Below are positions 20,920 through 30,828 of a stretch of 64,000 nt of DNA, in pieces. The notes under the pieces are model-generated. The model saw only the letters and a list, made by a program, of their open reading frames with translations. It ran no database searches and was not told the origin of the DNA. This stretch comes from Nitrosopumilus sp. (GTDB taxonomy: Archaea; Thermoproteota; Nitrososphaeria; Nitrososphaerales; Nitrosopumilaceae), in contig CBDBLO010000002.1 in the NCBI GenBank assembly GCA_965207075.1, positions 640,001 to 704,000 of the forward strand, in the 5' to 3' direction. Both the position numbers and the translations under genes were made by a program. Each line of letters opens with the position of its first letter. Within the stretch, counting starts at the first letter, position 1.

Positions 20920-21154
20920 TTATTTTATCAGTCCGTTTTCGTAATCACTAGAAAATTCATCCCTAGCGATGTCAACGTCTGACAGTATGCCGTGTTGAGT
21001 TCCAATGCTCAGTATTTTATTTCCAGCAGGCACAGGTAAAGATACCTTCCTTTCTCAATGTGAGATGACTATCTTTTCTGCGGGTTATGGTAAATCCCTT
21101 TCTCTGCGGATACCTTGTCATTTGATTACCTGCCATCTTGGGTATTTTTGGCAT
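20920..21154 (-). pseudogene. hicA: HicA toxin, frameshifted
   Basis: Manual translation MPKIPKM...KGFTITRRKDSHLTL / VPAGNKILSIGTQHGIL; coupled to hicB. Confidence 0.75.
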
Positions 21155-21363
21155 TATCGCTCTACTATGAGCATGTTAAAATCTGTCGCACTTCTGAGCT
21201 CCTCGGCCGCAAGCTCCACTGCCTCTCGCATGCTCTCTACGACCTTACCAAATGTTTCACCTTGTGAGTTCGCATGCAACTCATCACATCTTCCGACGAA
21301 GATCCCGTCATCGTCCTTGGTTATCATGACTGAGTACGTCTTTTTTTGTACTGTAGCGCTCAT
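21154..21363 (-). CDS. hicB: HicB antitoxin
   Basis: YSVMITKDDDGIFVGRCDELHANSQGET...MREAVEL. Confidence 0.85.
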   Translation of the reverse strand: MSATVQKKTYSVMITKDDDGIFVGRCDELHANSQGETFGKVVESMREAVELAAEELRSATDFNMLIVER

Positions 21364-21659
21364 GGCGCCACTCCCCTCAAAAGCATTAAAAAGATTACGT
21401 ACCTTACATGCGTTCTCATGTATGGCCAAGGGCAAAAATTCGTGAGCAAGCACTTGCTCTGAATGAAACTTTTATTGATCGTGGTCAAGAGGATGGCCGC
21501 GGCGAACCTAACGTATTACAACTGGGAGAGCGCGCGGCATGTCGTGGTATGCGCGTAAGGATTCGACCTCTCCAATTGCGAATATGCACAACCATCCGGC
21601 TTGTTGACTATGCGCAGAAGATGTAACGGCCCAATGACGTACACGACCATGTACGACAC

Positions 21660-21926
21660 TTATCTGAATCTATAGGATCGTGCTCGTTTGTCAACTGTTA
21701 TCACACACCCTCATCAATCCATTTTGTAAATCCAGTATTGCCCTGTAATCGCCCACGCGCAGTCTGTGTAATGGCACACCGGATAGGCGCATCGTAGACG
21801 CGTATGGATCCAGTCTTGCGATCTCGTCGATGTGGTCCATTATGCGGGCTGCCATTTTTTGTCACTCTTGGCTATTCTCGCCAGGCTATTTTCAGCCTGT
21901 TTGGTATAAATGACATCCCACGCCAA
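21660..21926 (-). pseudogene. relE: RelE/ParE toxin, frameshifted
   Basis: Manual translation MAWDVIYTKQAENSL... / ...LHRLRVGDYRAILD. Confidence 0.78.
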
Positions 21927-21930
21927 TGCG

Positions 21931-22161
21931 TCACAGCCCTAGCTTTTTCCTCAGATCCGAACCGGATATGATTCTCCCCGCCCGGACGTCTTGCATCCCC
22001 CGTTCTACCGCTTTAAGCTCGTCGTCATTCAAGTGGCGATCCATGTCATAGACTGCTATCATTCTTTTTATGACATCCTCCAATGACTCCCTAGGGTGAT
22101 TCTTTCTATCTGAGATTAGCGTTTTTGTCTCGGCATCGATTCTCACGGTGGTTGCAGTCAT
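21931..22161 (-). CDS. antitoxin (RelB/CopG-like)
   Basis: TTVRIDAETK...ESLEDVIKR...RGMQDVRAGR; directly upstream of relE. Confidence 0.8.
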   Translation of the reverse strand: MTATTVRIDAETKTLISDRKNHPRESLEDVIKRMIAVYDMDRHLNDDELKAVERGMQDVRAGRIISGSDLRKKLGL

Positions 22162-22294
22162 GTTATGTATACCATTGTATATGGAAGTATATAATATTGC
22201 GCGGAGCGGATTCTAGCAAATGCGGTTGATGGGAGTTCATACGAATTGCAGAATGGGTCTGAGGATTCGAGATTATGAATCCACGTAGAAACGC

Positions 22295-22580
22295 GCATCG
22301 GCAACCCATTTAACTGTCATGCGGCACTGGATGTCATGCCGGCCGTGCTGTCCGGAGAAGTGATAATGGACGCGACAAGCGGCATGGCCGGGTGGGAGGT
22401 CGTCAACGACAAGCTCCACAAGGAGTACCTGTTTGACACGTTCAACGCCGCGTTCGGATTTATGGCGAGGGCCGCCATGGAGATTGAAAAGGCCAACCAC
22501 CATCCAAACGGCTCAACGTATACAACAGGCTGACCATAGACCTGACCACCCATAACGCGGGGGGCATCACGCCAAATGAA
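22295..22580 (+). pseudogene. phhB: second, frameshifted and truncated phhB copy including its upstream region
   Basis: Near-identical direct repeat of ~20462-20750; frameshift after NHHP. Confidence 0.92.
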
Positions 22581-22874
22581 ATCAAGATCAATCGATGTAA
22601 GGAGATTGATCTTGCAGGCGAGATACGTACGGAGATGCGGCATGACCTGCTAAAATGATTGCCCAGAACCCACATCTTCACCTCAGTACCATCGCTATCC
22701 CGTGAGGTTCACGTTAGTCCGAGGAATTCAGATTCTGATGCCATATTATAGCACTGTAATATAAAAACGTCTCGGATTGTGGAATCCGGGTGAAGGCGGT
22801 GGCCTGATGTTTGATCCTACAACCCTCCAGAACTTGTCCACACAGAGTCCTCAATCGTAGTTCTAGAGGAAGCG

Positions 22875-23066
22875 ATGAAAAATTACCGCAGGGACGTCAT
22901 AACAGTTATGCAGGGCGAACACTTTACCGCCAAGCCTATCAAGAGTATTCGGGCAGACCTAAAGTACATAACTGGTGTCTGCGATGCGACGAATCAGATG
23001 ATGGACTCATGTGAGAAGAGCGCGAATAAGAAGGACAAAGAGCCTGCCAAGGAGGCCGACGTCTGA
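22875..23066 (+). CDS. hypothetical protein, first gene of a coupled operon
   Basis: ORF whose TGA overlaps the next ATG. Confidence 0.5.
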   Translation: MKNYRRDVITVMQGEHFTAKPIKSIRADLKYITGVCDATNQMMDSCEKSANKKDKEPAKEADV

Positions 23067-23149
23067 TGTCTTGTTGTTCATACCCCAGCGTGTGCGAGCA
23101 CTGTCGCCATTGCCACAACTGCCTTAGTGTAACAGGAGGTATAGACTGA
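23066..23149 (+). CDS. 27-aa Cys-rich peptide
   Basis: MSCCSYPSVCEHCRHCHNCLSVTGGID; AGGAGG upstream; TGATG coupling at both ends. Confidence 0.5.
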   Translation: MSCCSYPSVCEHCRHCHNCLSVTGGID

Positions 23150-23697
23150 TGCCGCAAAAACGGAATCCTACAGGTATGTACAAGTTCAACAAAGAAGGGA
23201 AGGCAGAACGTTGGATAGTAAAGCCTGATGATCTCAGCCACCTGTGCATGTATCGGCCGATAAACGGGGCGTTAGAGTTCTGGTGTGGCAAGTGTGAGGA
23301 GAACGTAACACCTGAGTCCAAGGTCAAAACACGGGACGTATGGTGTCCCAAGTGCAAGGGTAGTATTGTAGTAAGGTGTGCTGAGAAGGCGACTATGGCC
23401 GACTGGATGGAAGAGCCTGACAATGGAGATAACTGCCTTGGTGCAACTGATCCGAACGCCCCAGAGTTCACCTTTGACTCGGATCATTCGATTCGGGACA
23501 TGACATTCTGGTGCTCAAACCGCGACTGTGTGCATTCGAATCATATAGATCCAGAACGCAAGAGGCGCAGTGAGAACCTGACAGTCATGCACACGGAGCC
23601 GTATGGTGCGATACACTGCCCGGCATGCGGCAACGATGCATTGTTTGTGGAGCTGTCGCCCAAGCTGGAAAAGGAGGTATTCGGACGTGTCTCATGA
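23149..23697 (+). CDS. multi-zinc-finger protein
   Basis: CGKC, CPKC, CSNRDC, CPAC; AGGAGGT upstream. Confidence 0.75.
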   Translation: MPQKRNPTGMYKFNKEGKAERWIVKPDDLSHLCMYRPINGALEFWCGKCEENVTPESKVKTRDVWCPKCKGSIVVRCAEKATMADWMEEPDNGDNCLGATDPNAPEFTFDSDHSIRDMTFWCSNRDCVHSNHIDPERKRRSENLTVMHTEPYGAIHCPACGNDALFVELSPKLEKEVFGRVS

Positions 23698-23806
23698 TTT
23701 ACCGCCCACGTGTCCCAACTGCGACTGGCCCATAGAGGATTCTGACAACTCGTATTACGCAAAGCGCAACGAGGGCTATGTGCGGTACTGGTACGAATTC
23801 AGTTGA
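23687..23806 (+). CDS. small CxxC protein
   Basis: GTG start after AGGAGGT; TCPNCDW. Confidence 0.45.
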   Translation: MSHDLPPTCPNCDWPIEDSDNSYYAKRNEGYVRYWYEFS

Positions 23807-23832
23807 TGGACGTGCTTCCGCATGTAAGCGTC

Positions 23833-24147
23833 CTAGCCGCACCCTCTGCACTTGAGAACAATCTTCTTGTCGGGAGCATCATCATCCTCAAACCTCTTGT
23901 TCCAATACCGCGTCCTGTACCGCTTTACCCTGCGGTCAAACCGCGCCCAGAACTCCTTGTCGGTTGCTAGACGTTCATGATATGCATTGTACAAGGCGGG
24001 GGCCCACGACTGCATGTGGACGAGGGCCATGTCCAGGGGTATACTGTACCGTCTTAGGGTGGATCCAGCTAGAGTGAGAACGCGTAGGTTCATACACCGC
24101 GGGGGTGGAGTATGATCATGACAAAGACCAAGTTCACACCAGAACAA
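23833..24147 (-). CDS. hypothetical protein
   Basis: Basic ORF in an accessory islet; start uncertain. Confidence 0.45.
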   Translation of the reverse strand: MFWCELGLCHDHTPPPRCMNLRVLTLAGSTLRRYSIPLDMALVHMQSWAPALYNAYHERLATDKEFWARFDRRVKRYRTRYWNKRFEDDDAPDKKIVLKCRGCG

Positions 24148-24177
24148 CCACTAAGGTATAAAAATAAGTCATCAGCC

Positions 24178-24797
24178 GGTACTCCTGCGAATTCGTGATA
24201 TGTGAATTCACAGTACCTTATTGAGGACGTGGGGGAATGGTGTGTCAGGGGCGTAGTGTGAAGGGATGTTATTTATCAAGTAGGTTTTTCAGTGTGTTTG
24301 CTAGTTCTGTGAGCCTTGTTACGCGTGCCGCTGATTCAGCATGAGCTTCACGGGCAACTTTAAGTTCGTCCATGGTAATTCTGTACAGGCGGTCAATCTG
24401 TAGTCTTTCATCCCCTGTTAGCGTCATTTGTGAATATAGACGATATGTTTATTAAAATGTTATTATAACATACAGTATGAAAAACAAGGACCGTGTTAAA
24501 GAAATTGAAAATAATGCTGCTAGTCCAGTTGTGGCGGACATGGCGCGGCGGCTGAGAGAGGCTATTGAGTCCTGACCTGTCAAATTTAGGTACTACTGCA
24601 AATTCATGATATGTGTATGGCGGCAGTTAGAAATTGAAAAGCTAACGAGAAATGCCCTGTTGTGAAAAATGTCGGAAATTGATGGACTTGGCGGTGTTCT
24701 GGATGATCACCACGCGTGGACGTTGATAAGTCCTTAGTGCCTTGTATAGAATTTGTATATAAAGGCGGATTCTATATCACGAATTCGCAACAGTACG
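24178..24797. mobile_element. nested non-autonomous IS6-type end remnants
   Basis: GGTACTCCTGCGAATTCGTGATA (24178), GGTACTACTGCAAATTCATGATA (24589) and inverted TATCACGAATTCGCAACAGTAC ending ~24796; a copy of the 16802-type end with transposase tail at ~24630-24715. Confidence 0.7.
24269..24427 (-). CDS. small coiled-coil protein (52 aa)
   Basis: Manual translation MTLTGDERLQIDRLYRITMDELKVAREAHAESAARVTRLTELANTLKNLLDK. Confidence 0.5.
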   Translation of the reverse strand: MTLTGDERLQIDRLYRITMDELKVAREAHAESAARVTRLTELANTLKNLLDK

Positions 24798-25022
24798 CAA
24801 GATCATCATCTTATTATGCCAGTTTTGGGCAATAGTACTGCCGCACCTGGATCCCACGGGCTGACTGAGTCAGCGCCGTGGGCCCATTCGGGGGCGGTAT
24901 TTCTATCCATCTGGACATTTTGCGCTCCAGTCTCTTTTTTGAGCGCTCTCGTAAGATCCATTGAACCCGCCACGCGCGGCTCTAGACCGCGGTTTTTAAA
25001 CAAACAAATTGCATGTGCACTA

Positions 25023-26126
25023 TAGCTAGAAGCAAAAGTCCTTGAGGGATCAAACTTGTCAAACAGAAACAGATTTTGATCCCCCTGTATCACGCACGGC
25101 ATGGCAACAGTAGGACCGGAGGACCTGAGGAAAGCGTACAGGAAGGAAAGAGACCCACGGGTCAAGATCAGGATGGCTGCGGTAAACATGGTATGCATGA
25201 ACAACGAGAGCATACAGCATACGGCGGACTCGCTCATGCAGTGTCCCAACTGGGTCTCCATGTGGGTCGAACGCTTCAAGGAGGGCGGCATAGTCGCCCT
25301 CCGGGACCTCCCAAGGCCTGGCAGGCCGCCCAAGGTGGAGCGCAGTGAGATGGAACGTATAATGCGCGGGGCATCCGGGTCAAGGACCACCGCCACCGCG
25401 CTGCAGCAGGACATACGTCAAAAGACGGGAGCCTTGTTCCACATCACGTACGTCAGGAAGCTCATGCACAGGTACGGCCTGACCCCCAAGGCCGCCACCG
25501 CGATACACGTCAACCGCGCGGGCAGCAGGGCCGTGAACGCGTGGCGGTACCGCGCAAAAAGGCGCATTTCACGCCTGAAAACGGCCGGGTTTACGATACT
25601 GGCAGAGGACGAGTCCTTCTTCATCCATGACACCAAGTCCGGGCGCAAATACTGGTCCCCTGCGGGGACAAGGATAACCGTCCCGTACACTGGAAGCCAC
25701 AAAAAAGTGACGGTATACGGGGCCGTCACCGACGGCGGGAAGCGGTTCTTCAGGGTGTACGACACCGGGTTCAACACGGAGACGTTCATCCGGTACGTCG
25801 TGGAAATGAACAGGCGGTTCGGCAAAATAGTCGTGGTTCTGGACAAGGCGTCACCGCACTGCTCCAAGGCCCTGAAGCAGAGATTCGGGCGCGACAGGGA
25901 CGTCAGGTTCGTCTACCTGCCGCGCGGATCGCCGTACCTCAACATGATCGAGGAGTACTGGCGGCAGGCAAAGCACCGCCTGCTGGTATCAGAATACTAT
26001 CCGACGTTTTCCGACATGAGAAGGGCCGTATCCGAATACTTCAGGACATCGAGGCTCAGCCTTGACATGTACGCGTACCTTGACAGGTGGTCAGCACCAA
26101 TACTCAAGAACTTTTGATCTTAGCTA
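25023..26126 (+). mobile_element. IS630 family element, copy 1
   Basis: Imperfect TIRs tagctagaagcaaaagt / acttttgatcttagcta; TA duplication; matches 58687-59790. Confidence 0.95.
25101..26117 (+). CDS. IS630 transposase
   Basis: HTH, PRPGRPPK, DDE motifs AEDES / VLDKAS / NMIEEYW. Confidence 0.95.
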   Translation: MATVGPEDLRKAYRKERDPRVKIRMAAVNMVCMNNESIQHTADSLMQCPNWVSMWVERFKEGGIVALRDLPRPGRPPKVERSEMERIMRGASGSRTTATALQQDIRQKTGALFHITYVRKLMHRYGLTPKAATAIHVNRAGSRAVNAWRYRAKRRISRLKTAGFTILAEDESFFIHDTKSGRKYWSPAGTRITVPYTGSHKKVTVYGAVTDGGKRFFRVYDTGFNTETFIRYVVEMNRRFGKIVVVLDKASPHCSKALKQRFGRDRDVRFVYLPRGSPYLNMIEEYWRQAKHRLLVSEYYPTFSDMRRAVSEYFRTSRLSLDMYAYLDRWSAPILKNF

Positions 26127-26130
26127 TACA

Positions 26131-26316
26131 TTGTATATTATGTACATAGACGAATGTGGCACGGAGCGAACGTCGGATCAAACGCAGCATCTTCTCGTTT
26201 CAGTAGTGGTAATACATGAAAAAAACTTGCAGGATGTGTATGCGGTAGTTCGCAGCATACGTAACACAGTCTTTCCTGCTAGATTTGAGCATTCTGAGAT
26301 TCATGCCCAGAGCTGA
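26131..26316 (+). pseudogene. DUF3800-like gene, truncated
   Basis: MYIDECG...SEIH motif; cut by an IS6-type end at ~26309. Confidence 0.65.
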
Positions 26317-26420
26317 CAAGTTAACGGGAGATGTCTTCTCATGGTAAGCGTCGGGATCTGGCGGTTTGACGGCGTTCTGGATGACCGCCTTCCACCTGTT
26401 CGCTGTATCTGCTTGCGACT
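26309..26420 (-). mobile_element. IS6-type end with transposase C-terminal remnant
   Basis: agagctgacaagttaacggg... similar to the 18066 end; encodes NRWKAVIQNA. Confidence 0.7.
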
Positions 26421-26654
26421 CATGGGTCTCTTGATCGTACGTGATGCAACAGTCGCCCCCCATCATGCTCCGTACACGGAACACCCTGCTGATCGCAACC
26501 ATCTACTCCATACAAACTGGATTGCCAGATCCGTTTTACAAGTGTCAGAATCCCCGGATTCGTGCGCGATGCGCAGGATAGGTGAATGGTTGTTGTGTCT
26601 CTGAGAGCGGCCCGCTTATAGAATTTATAACGATCTCATGCGGGGCACGGTATT

Positions 26655-27563
26655 ATGGATTCGACGCCGCCTGCCGCATCACCATCGCCATCATCGACGC
26701 GCCCGCCGCGGCCGCCCCCCTCCGACCAGTCCCAGATACTCGACTCGGACTTTGTGTACGTGGACGGAAAGGGGAACACGATGAAGAGCAGGACGGAGCT
26801 TGCCGTGTCCCAGATGCTGGACTTTCTCGGCATTGCGTACGAGTACGGGCACGCCGTGGACCTGGGCGACGGCGAGGGCCGGACGGTACGGATCGACTTC
26901 AAGACCGACAGGGGCCTCATAGAGGTGATAGACGGCGAGGACGATCTTGCCAAGTATGAGATGGTGAGATCCCACCCCTCGACTGCGTCGTCCGGCACGC
27001 GTATCATGGCAATAGGGGGGGCCAGGAACGTGGCCCGCATAAGCGAGATTGGCGACGTCATATGCTATGACAACAAGGCGCCCCAGACGGGCTCGATATT
27101 CCTGGAGGATCCCTCGTTCTCGTTTGACTATGCACACATACTGCCCCTCGTCGAAAAGTGCTCCATACTGCACGGCCACACGTCGTCGGTGATGGTCGAG
27201 CTGGTCGGGCAGATGAAGGACAACCTGCTGGTCGACTTTGGGGTGGCAAAGGAGATCATAAGGGAGGCGGTGTCCGTGTTTGACCACAAGTTCTTCATAA
27301 ACGAGAAGTACGTGGCGGGGCGGGACGACGCACACTATACGGTGAGGTTCAACGGCCCGAGGGGCAGGTTCGACCTGCAGGTGCCAAAGGACACGACGTA
27401 CCTGCTAAGCGGAGAGGCGACCGTGGAGAACTTGGCGACGGAGCTGATCAGGCTGCTTGCGCCAAGGATGCCGCCAAACGTGGAGGCAGTCGGCGTCTAC
27501 ATATACGAGGGGTACAACAAGGGCTCCCACATCATAACAAAGATCAGGGACATTGCGCAATGA
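26655..27563 (+). CDS. QueD/PTPS-like protein with N-terminal nuclease-like domain
   Basis: FDYAH, KCSILHGH, VDFG, FDHK, TVENLA; N-terminal KSRTE...IDFK...IEV. Confidence 0.85.
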   Translation: MDSTPPAASPSPSSTRPPRPPPSDQSQILDSDFVYVDGKGNTMKSRTELAVSQMLDFLGIAYEYGHAVDLGDGEGRTVRIDFKTDRGLIEVIDGEDDLAKYEMVRSHPSTASSGTRIMAIGGARNVARISEIGDVICYDNKAPQTGSIFLEDPSFSFDYAHILPLVEKCSILHGHTSSVMVELVGQMKDNLLVDFGVAKEIIREAVSVFDHKFFINEKYVAGRDDAHYTVRFNGPRGRFDLQVPKDTTYLLSGEATVENLATELIRLLAPRMPPNVEAVGVYIYEGYNKGSHIITKIRDIAQ

Positions 27564-30061
27564 GCGGCGGTAATGACGGTGACGGGGGCGATGGCAGGAG
27601 GGCCCCCGCAATAACAGAAAAGGCCTGGAACCCTGGGCTTGAGTCTGAGATACGGAGAAAGTGGCAGCAAGAAGACACCTACAGGTTCACCATGCAGGAG
27701 AAGGGCCGCAACTATACTATCGACACGCCGCCCCCGTATCCGTCGGGCAGGCCCTGGCACATCGGGGCCGCGGCCCACTATTCGCAGATAGACATGATAG
27801 CCCGCACCGCCCGCATGTCGGGAAAAAACGTCTACTTTCCCATAGGGATAGACAGGAACGGACTGCCAGTCGAGATATACACGGAGAAAAAGCACAACAT
27901 CAGGATGCGGGAGACTGACCGCACCGAATTCCTGGAGATGTGCAGCGACTCGCTTGACGAGCTGGAGTCCGAGATGGTCCAGATAATGGACGGGCTGGGG
28001 CTCAGCGGCGACACGTCGGCCAGGTACCGCACCGACACGCCCCAGTACAGGGCGCTCACGCAGGCCACGTTCATCAAAATGTGGCGCAACGGGGACGTCT
28101 ACCTGGCAAACAGGCCCAACAACTACGACTGGGTGTCCGGCACCACCATAGCGGACGCGGAGATCGCGTACGTCGAGATGCCCGCAAAGCTCGTACACAT
28201 GAGGTTCAAGCTCGAGGCCCCGCGGGAGGGCGGCAAGGACCACATCATAGTCGCGAGCACCAGGCCCGAGCTGCTGTGCGCCTGCAGGGCCGTGATAGTG
28301 AACGCCGACGACGAGAGGTACTCGGGGTGCGCGGGCCGGACCGTTACGGTGCCCGTTACGAACCAGAAGGTGCCCATACTGGAGCACCACTCGGCAAGGG
28401 CCGAGTTCGGGTCGGGCGCCGTGATGGTGTGCAGCTATGGTGACCAGAACGACGTGGCGCTGTTCCGGGAGCTGGGGCTCGAGGAGGTGGCCGCCATAGG
28501 CCTCGACGGCCGCATGGCCGATGCCGCGGGCCCCTACGCGGGCCTCAGGCCAAAGCAGGCGAGGGCCAAGATCATCGAGGACATGCAAGAGTCCGGAGAC
28601 ATCATCAGCAGGGTGGAGGAGATCACGCACCGCACCCCGGTGGCGGAGAGGAGCAGGAACCCCATAGAGATAATCCCGATGGAGGAGTACTACATGAAGC
28701 AGATGGACTACACGGACAGGATCAGGGAGATGGCAGAGAAGATAACCTTCCATCCCCCCATGCACAAGCAGGTCCTGTTCAACTGGCTCGAGTCCATAAG
28801 CATGGACTGGCCCATATCGAGGCGCCGCTACTACGGCACCGAGATTCCTGCATGGCGCTGCCAAAAGTGCGGCGACACGTACGTGCCGGAGCCCGGAAGG
28901 TACTACAGGCCCTGGACTGAGGAGTGTCCCGCCCGGGAGTGCCCCAAGTGCGGGGCGTCGGACTTTGCAGGAGAGGAGCGCACGTTTGACACGTGGATGG
29001 ACTCGAGCATATCGCCGCTGTTCATATGCGGGTACGCGGGCGGCGGGGCGGACGGTGAGGTAGCCGACGGGGCTAACGACAGGTTCGAGAGGCTGTATCC
29101 GGCCTCCATCAGGCCCCAGGCAAAGGACATAGTCAGGACCTGGCTGTACTATACGCTGCTGCGGTGCGACAAGATGACCGGCACGGCGCCCTGGTCGGAG
29201 GCGTGGATAATGGGGTACGGGCTTGACGAGCACGGGCTGAAGATGAGCAAGAGCAAGGGCAACGCGATAGACCCTCTCCCGGTGATAGAGAGGCTCGGGG
29301 CCGACACGTTCCGGTTTTGGAACGCAAGCGAGGTGAACCACGGGTACGACTTTAGGTGCAGCGAGCAGAAGATAGAGTCGGCAAAAAAGTTCCTCAGCAA
29401 GTTGTGGAACGTCTCCCGGTTCCTGTCATCATTCGAGGTCCCGGACGGGGGGGGCGGTAGCGCGGACCTGCTGGTGCAGGACAAGCCGGCGCGCGGCAGC
29501 CTGCAGGACGCGGACCGGTGGATACTCGGGGAGCTTGACGCGCTGGTAGAGCGGTGCCGCAGGGGGTATTCGGAGTACAACTTTTTCACCCCCGCCATCG
29601 CGGTCAGGGAGTTTACGTGGAACGTGTTTGCCGCGCACTATATCGAGATGGTGAAGGGGAGGGCGTACGGGGAAGGCTTCTCTGAGGGGGAGCGGCGGGC
29701 GGCCGTGCGGACGCTTCACGCAGTGTTGCACGCCATACTGAGGCTGCTTGCTCCCATCACGCCGTTCATCACGGAGTACCTGTGGCAGAGGATGTACGCC
29801 GCGCCGGGCGGCAAGAGCATACACCGCGAGGCGCTGCCCGGCCGCGCGCCCGCATCGGACAGCGGCCATGGCGCGGGCGGCCCCGACGGCGGTGACGACG
29901 CTACCACCAGGGCGATAACAGAGTTCAACTCCATGGTGTGGAACAGGAAAAAGTCCGAGAACCTGTCGCTAAAGGACGGGATTGCACTGGAGATTCCGGA
30001 CGCCCTAAAGCCGTTTGAGAGGGACCTGAGGGCGATGCACAACATAACAAACAGTGGCTAG
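27560..30061 (+). CDS. valS: valine--tRNA ligase
   Basis: DTPPPYPSG.WHIG, WPISRRRYYG, FDTWMDSS, KMSKS. Confidence 0.96.
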   Translation: MSGGNDGDGGDGRRAPAITEKAWNPGLESEIRRKWQQEDTYRFTMQEKGRNYTIDTPPPYPSGRPWHIGAAAHYSQIDMIARTARMSGKNVYFPIGIDRNGLPVEIYTEKKHNIRMRETDRTEFLEMCSDSLDELESEMVQIMDGLGLSGDTSARYRTDTPQYRALTQATFIKMWRNGDVYLANRPNNYDWVSGTTIADAEIAYVEMPAKLVHMRFKLEAPREGGKDHIIVASTRPELLCACRAVIVNADDERYSGCAGRTVTVPVTNQKVPILEHHSARAEFGSGAVMVCSYGDQNDVALFRELGLEEVAAIGLDGRMADAAGPYAGLRPKQARAKIIEDMQESGDIISRVEEITHRTPVAERSRNPIEIIPMEEYYMKQMDYTDRIREMAEKITFHPPMHKQVLFNWLESISMDWPISRRRYYGTEIPAWRCQKCGDTYVPEPGRYYRPWTEECPARECPKCGASDFAGEERTFDTWMDSSISPLFICGYAGGGADGEVADGANDRFERLYPASIRPQAKDIVRTWLYYTLLRCDKMTGTAPWSEAWIMGYGLDEHGLKMSKSKGNAIDPLPVIERLGADTFRFWNASEVNHGYDFRCSEQKIESAKKFLSKLWNVSRFLSSFEVPDGGGGSADLLVQDKPARGSLQDADRWILGELDALVERCRRGYSEYNFFTPAIAVREFTWNVFAAHYIEMVKGRAYGEGFSEGERRAAVRTLHAVLHAILRLLAPITPFITEYLWQRMYAAPGGKSIHREALPGRAPASDSGHGAGGPDGGDDATTRAITEFNSMVWNRKKSENLSLKDGIALEIPDALKPFERDLRAMHNITNSG

Positions 30062-30828
30062 CCGCGCCTTTTGCGCCGCACCGCGTCCACAAAGTACTTG
30101 TGCACGGCAAGGTCGCCGGACAGCTCCGGGTGGAACGCCGTGCCGATTATGTCGCCCTTGCGGACCGCTACTATTCTGCGCCGCGGGCCGCTGCCGCCGG
30201 CATCGGGGGCCGCGTCACCGTTATCACCACCACCACCACCATCAGCATCAACGCCACCACTACTGTCGCCCACGCCGGGCGGCAGCTCGCAGAGCGCCTC
30301 CACGTCAGGCCCCGTCCCGCATACGACGGGGGCCCGGATAAAGACGCCCTTGAAGTTTGATATCGAAAGCGGCCTGATGTCCAGCTTGGCCTCAAAGGAC
30401 TGGCGCTGGCGCCCAAAGGCGTTGCGCTGCACCTCGACGTCGAGCACCCCTAGGAGCGGCTGTCCGTCAAGCCTTCCGACCGTACGGTCGTCGGCGGACC
30501 TTGCAAGCAGGATCAGCCCTGCGCATATGCCCAGGACAGGCATGCCGTCGCCGCTGACCCTTTCACGTATGGCGTCAAGCACGCCGCCTGCAGCGGAGAG
30601 CCTGCCGATGGTGGTGCTCTCGCCGCCCGGAATCACGAGCCCGTCGAGCCTTGATATCTCGTCGGCGGTCTTTACCTGCAGCACGGCGTCGTCCTCAAAG
30701 CCGCGCGGCGCCTTTAGCGCGCTTGATATGGCGGCCACGTTCTCTGCCACGTCGCCCTGTACGGACAGCACCCCTATGCGGACGCCTTTTCTGCCGCTAC
30801 CGCTGCTACTGCCGCCGCCATCGCTCAT
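30058..30828 (-). CDS. pdxT: PLP synthase glutaminase subunit
   Basis: PGGESTT, GICAG, RNAFGRQ, FIRAP, FHPEL. Confidence 0.96.
   Translation of the reverse strand: MSDGGGSSSGSGRKGVRIGVLSVQGDVAENVAAISSALKAPRGFEDDAVLQVKTADEISRLDGLVIPGGESTTIGRLSAAGGVLDAIRERVSGDGMPVLGICAGLILLARSADDRTVGRLDGQPLLGVLDVEVQRNAFGRQRQSFEAKLDIRPLSISNFKGVFIRAPVVCGTGPDVEALCELPPGVGDSSGGVDADGGGGGDNGDAAPDAGGSGPRRRIVAVRKGDIIGTAFHPELSGDLAVHKYFVDAVRRKRRG

Noticed and set aside
27497-29341. Long antisense ORFs (also 30850-32031, 18407-19696, 53281-54543)
   Set aside because: Expected by-products of high-GC codon usage opposite well-supported genes.
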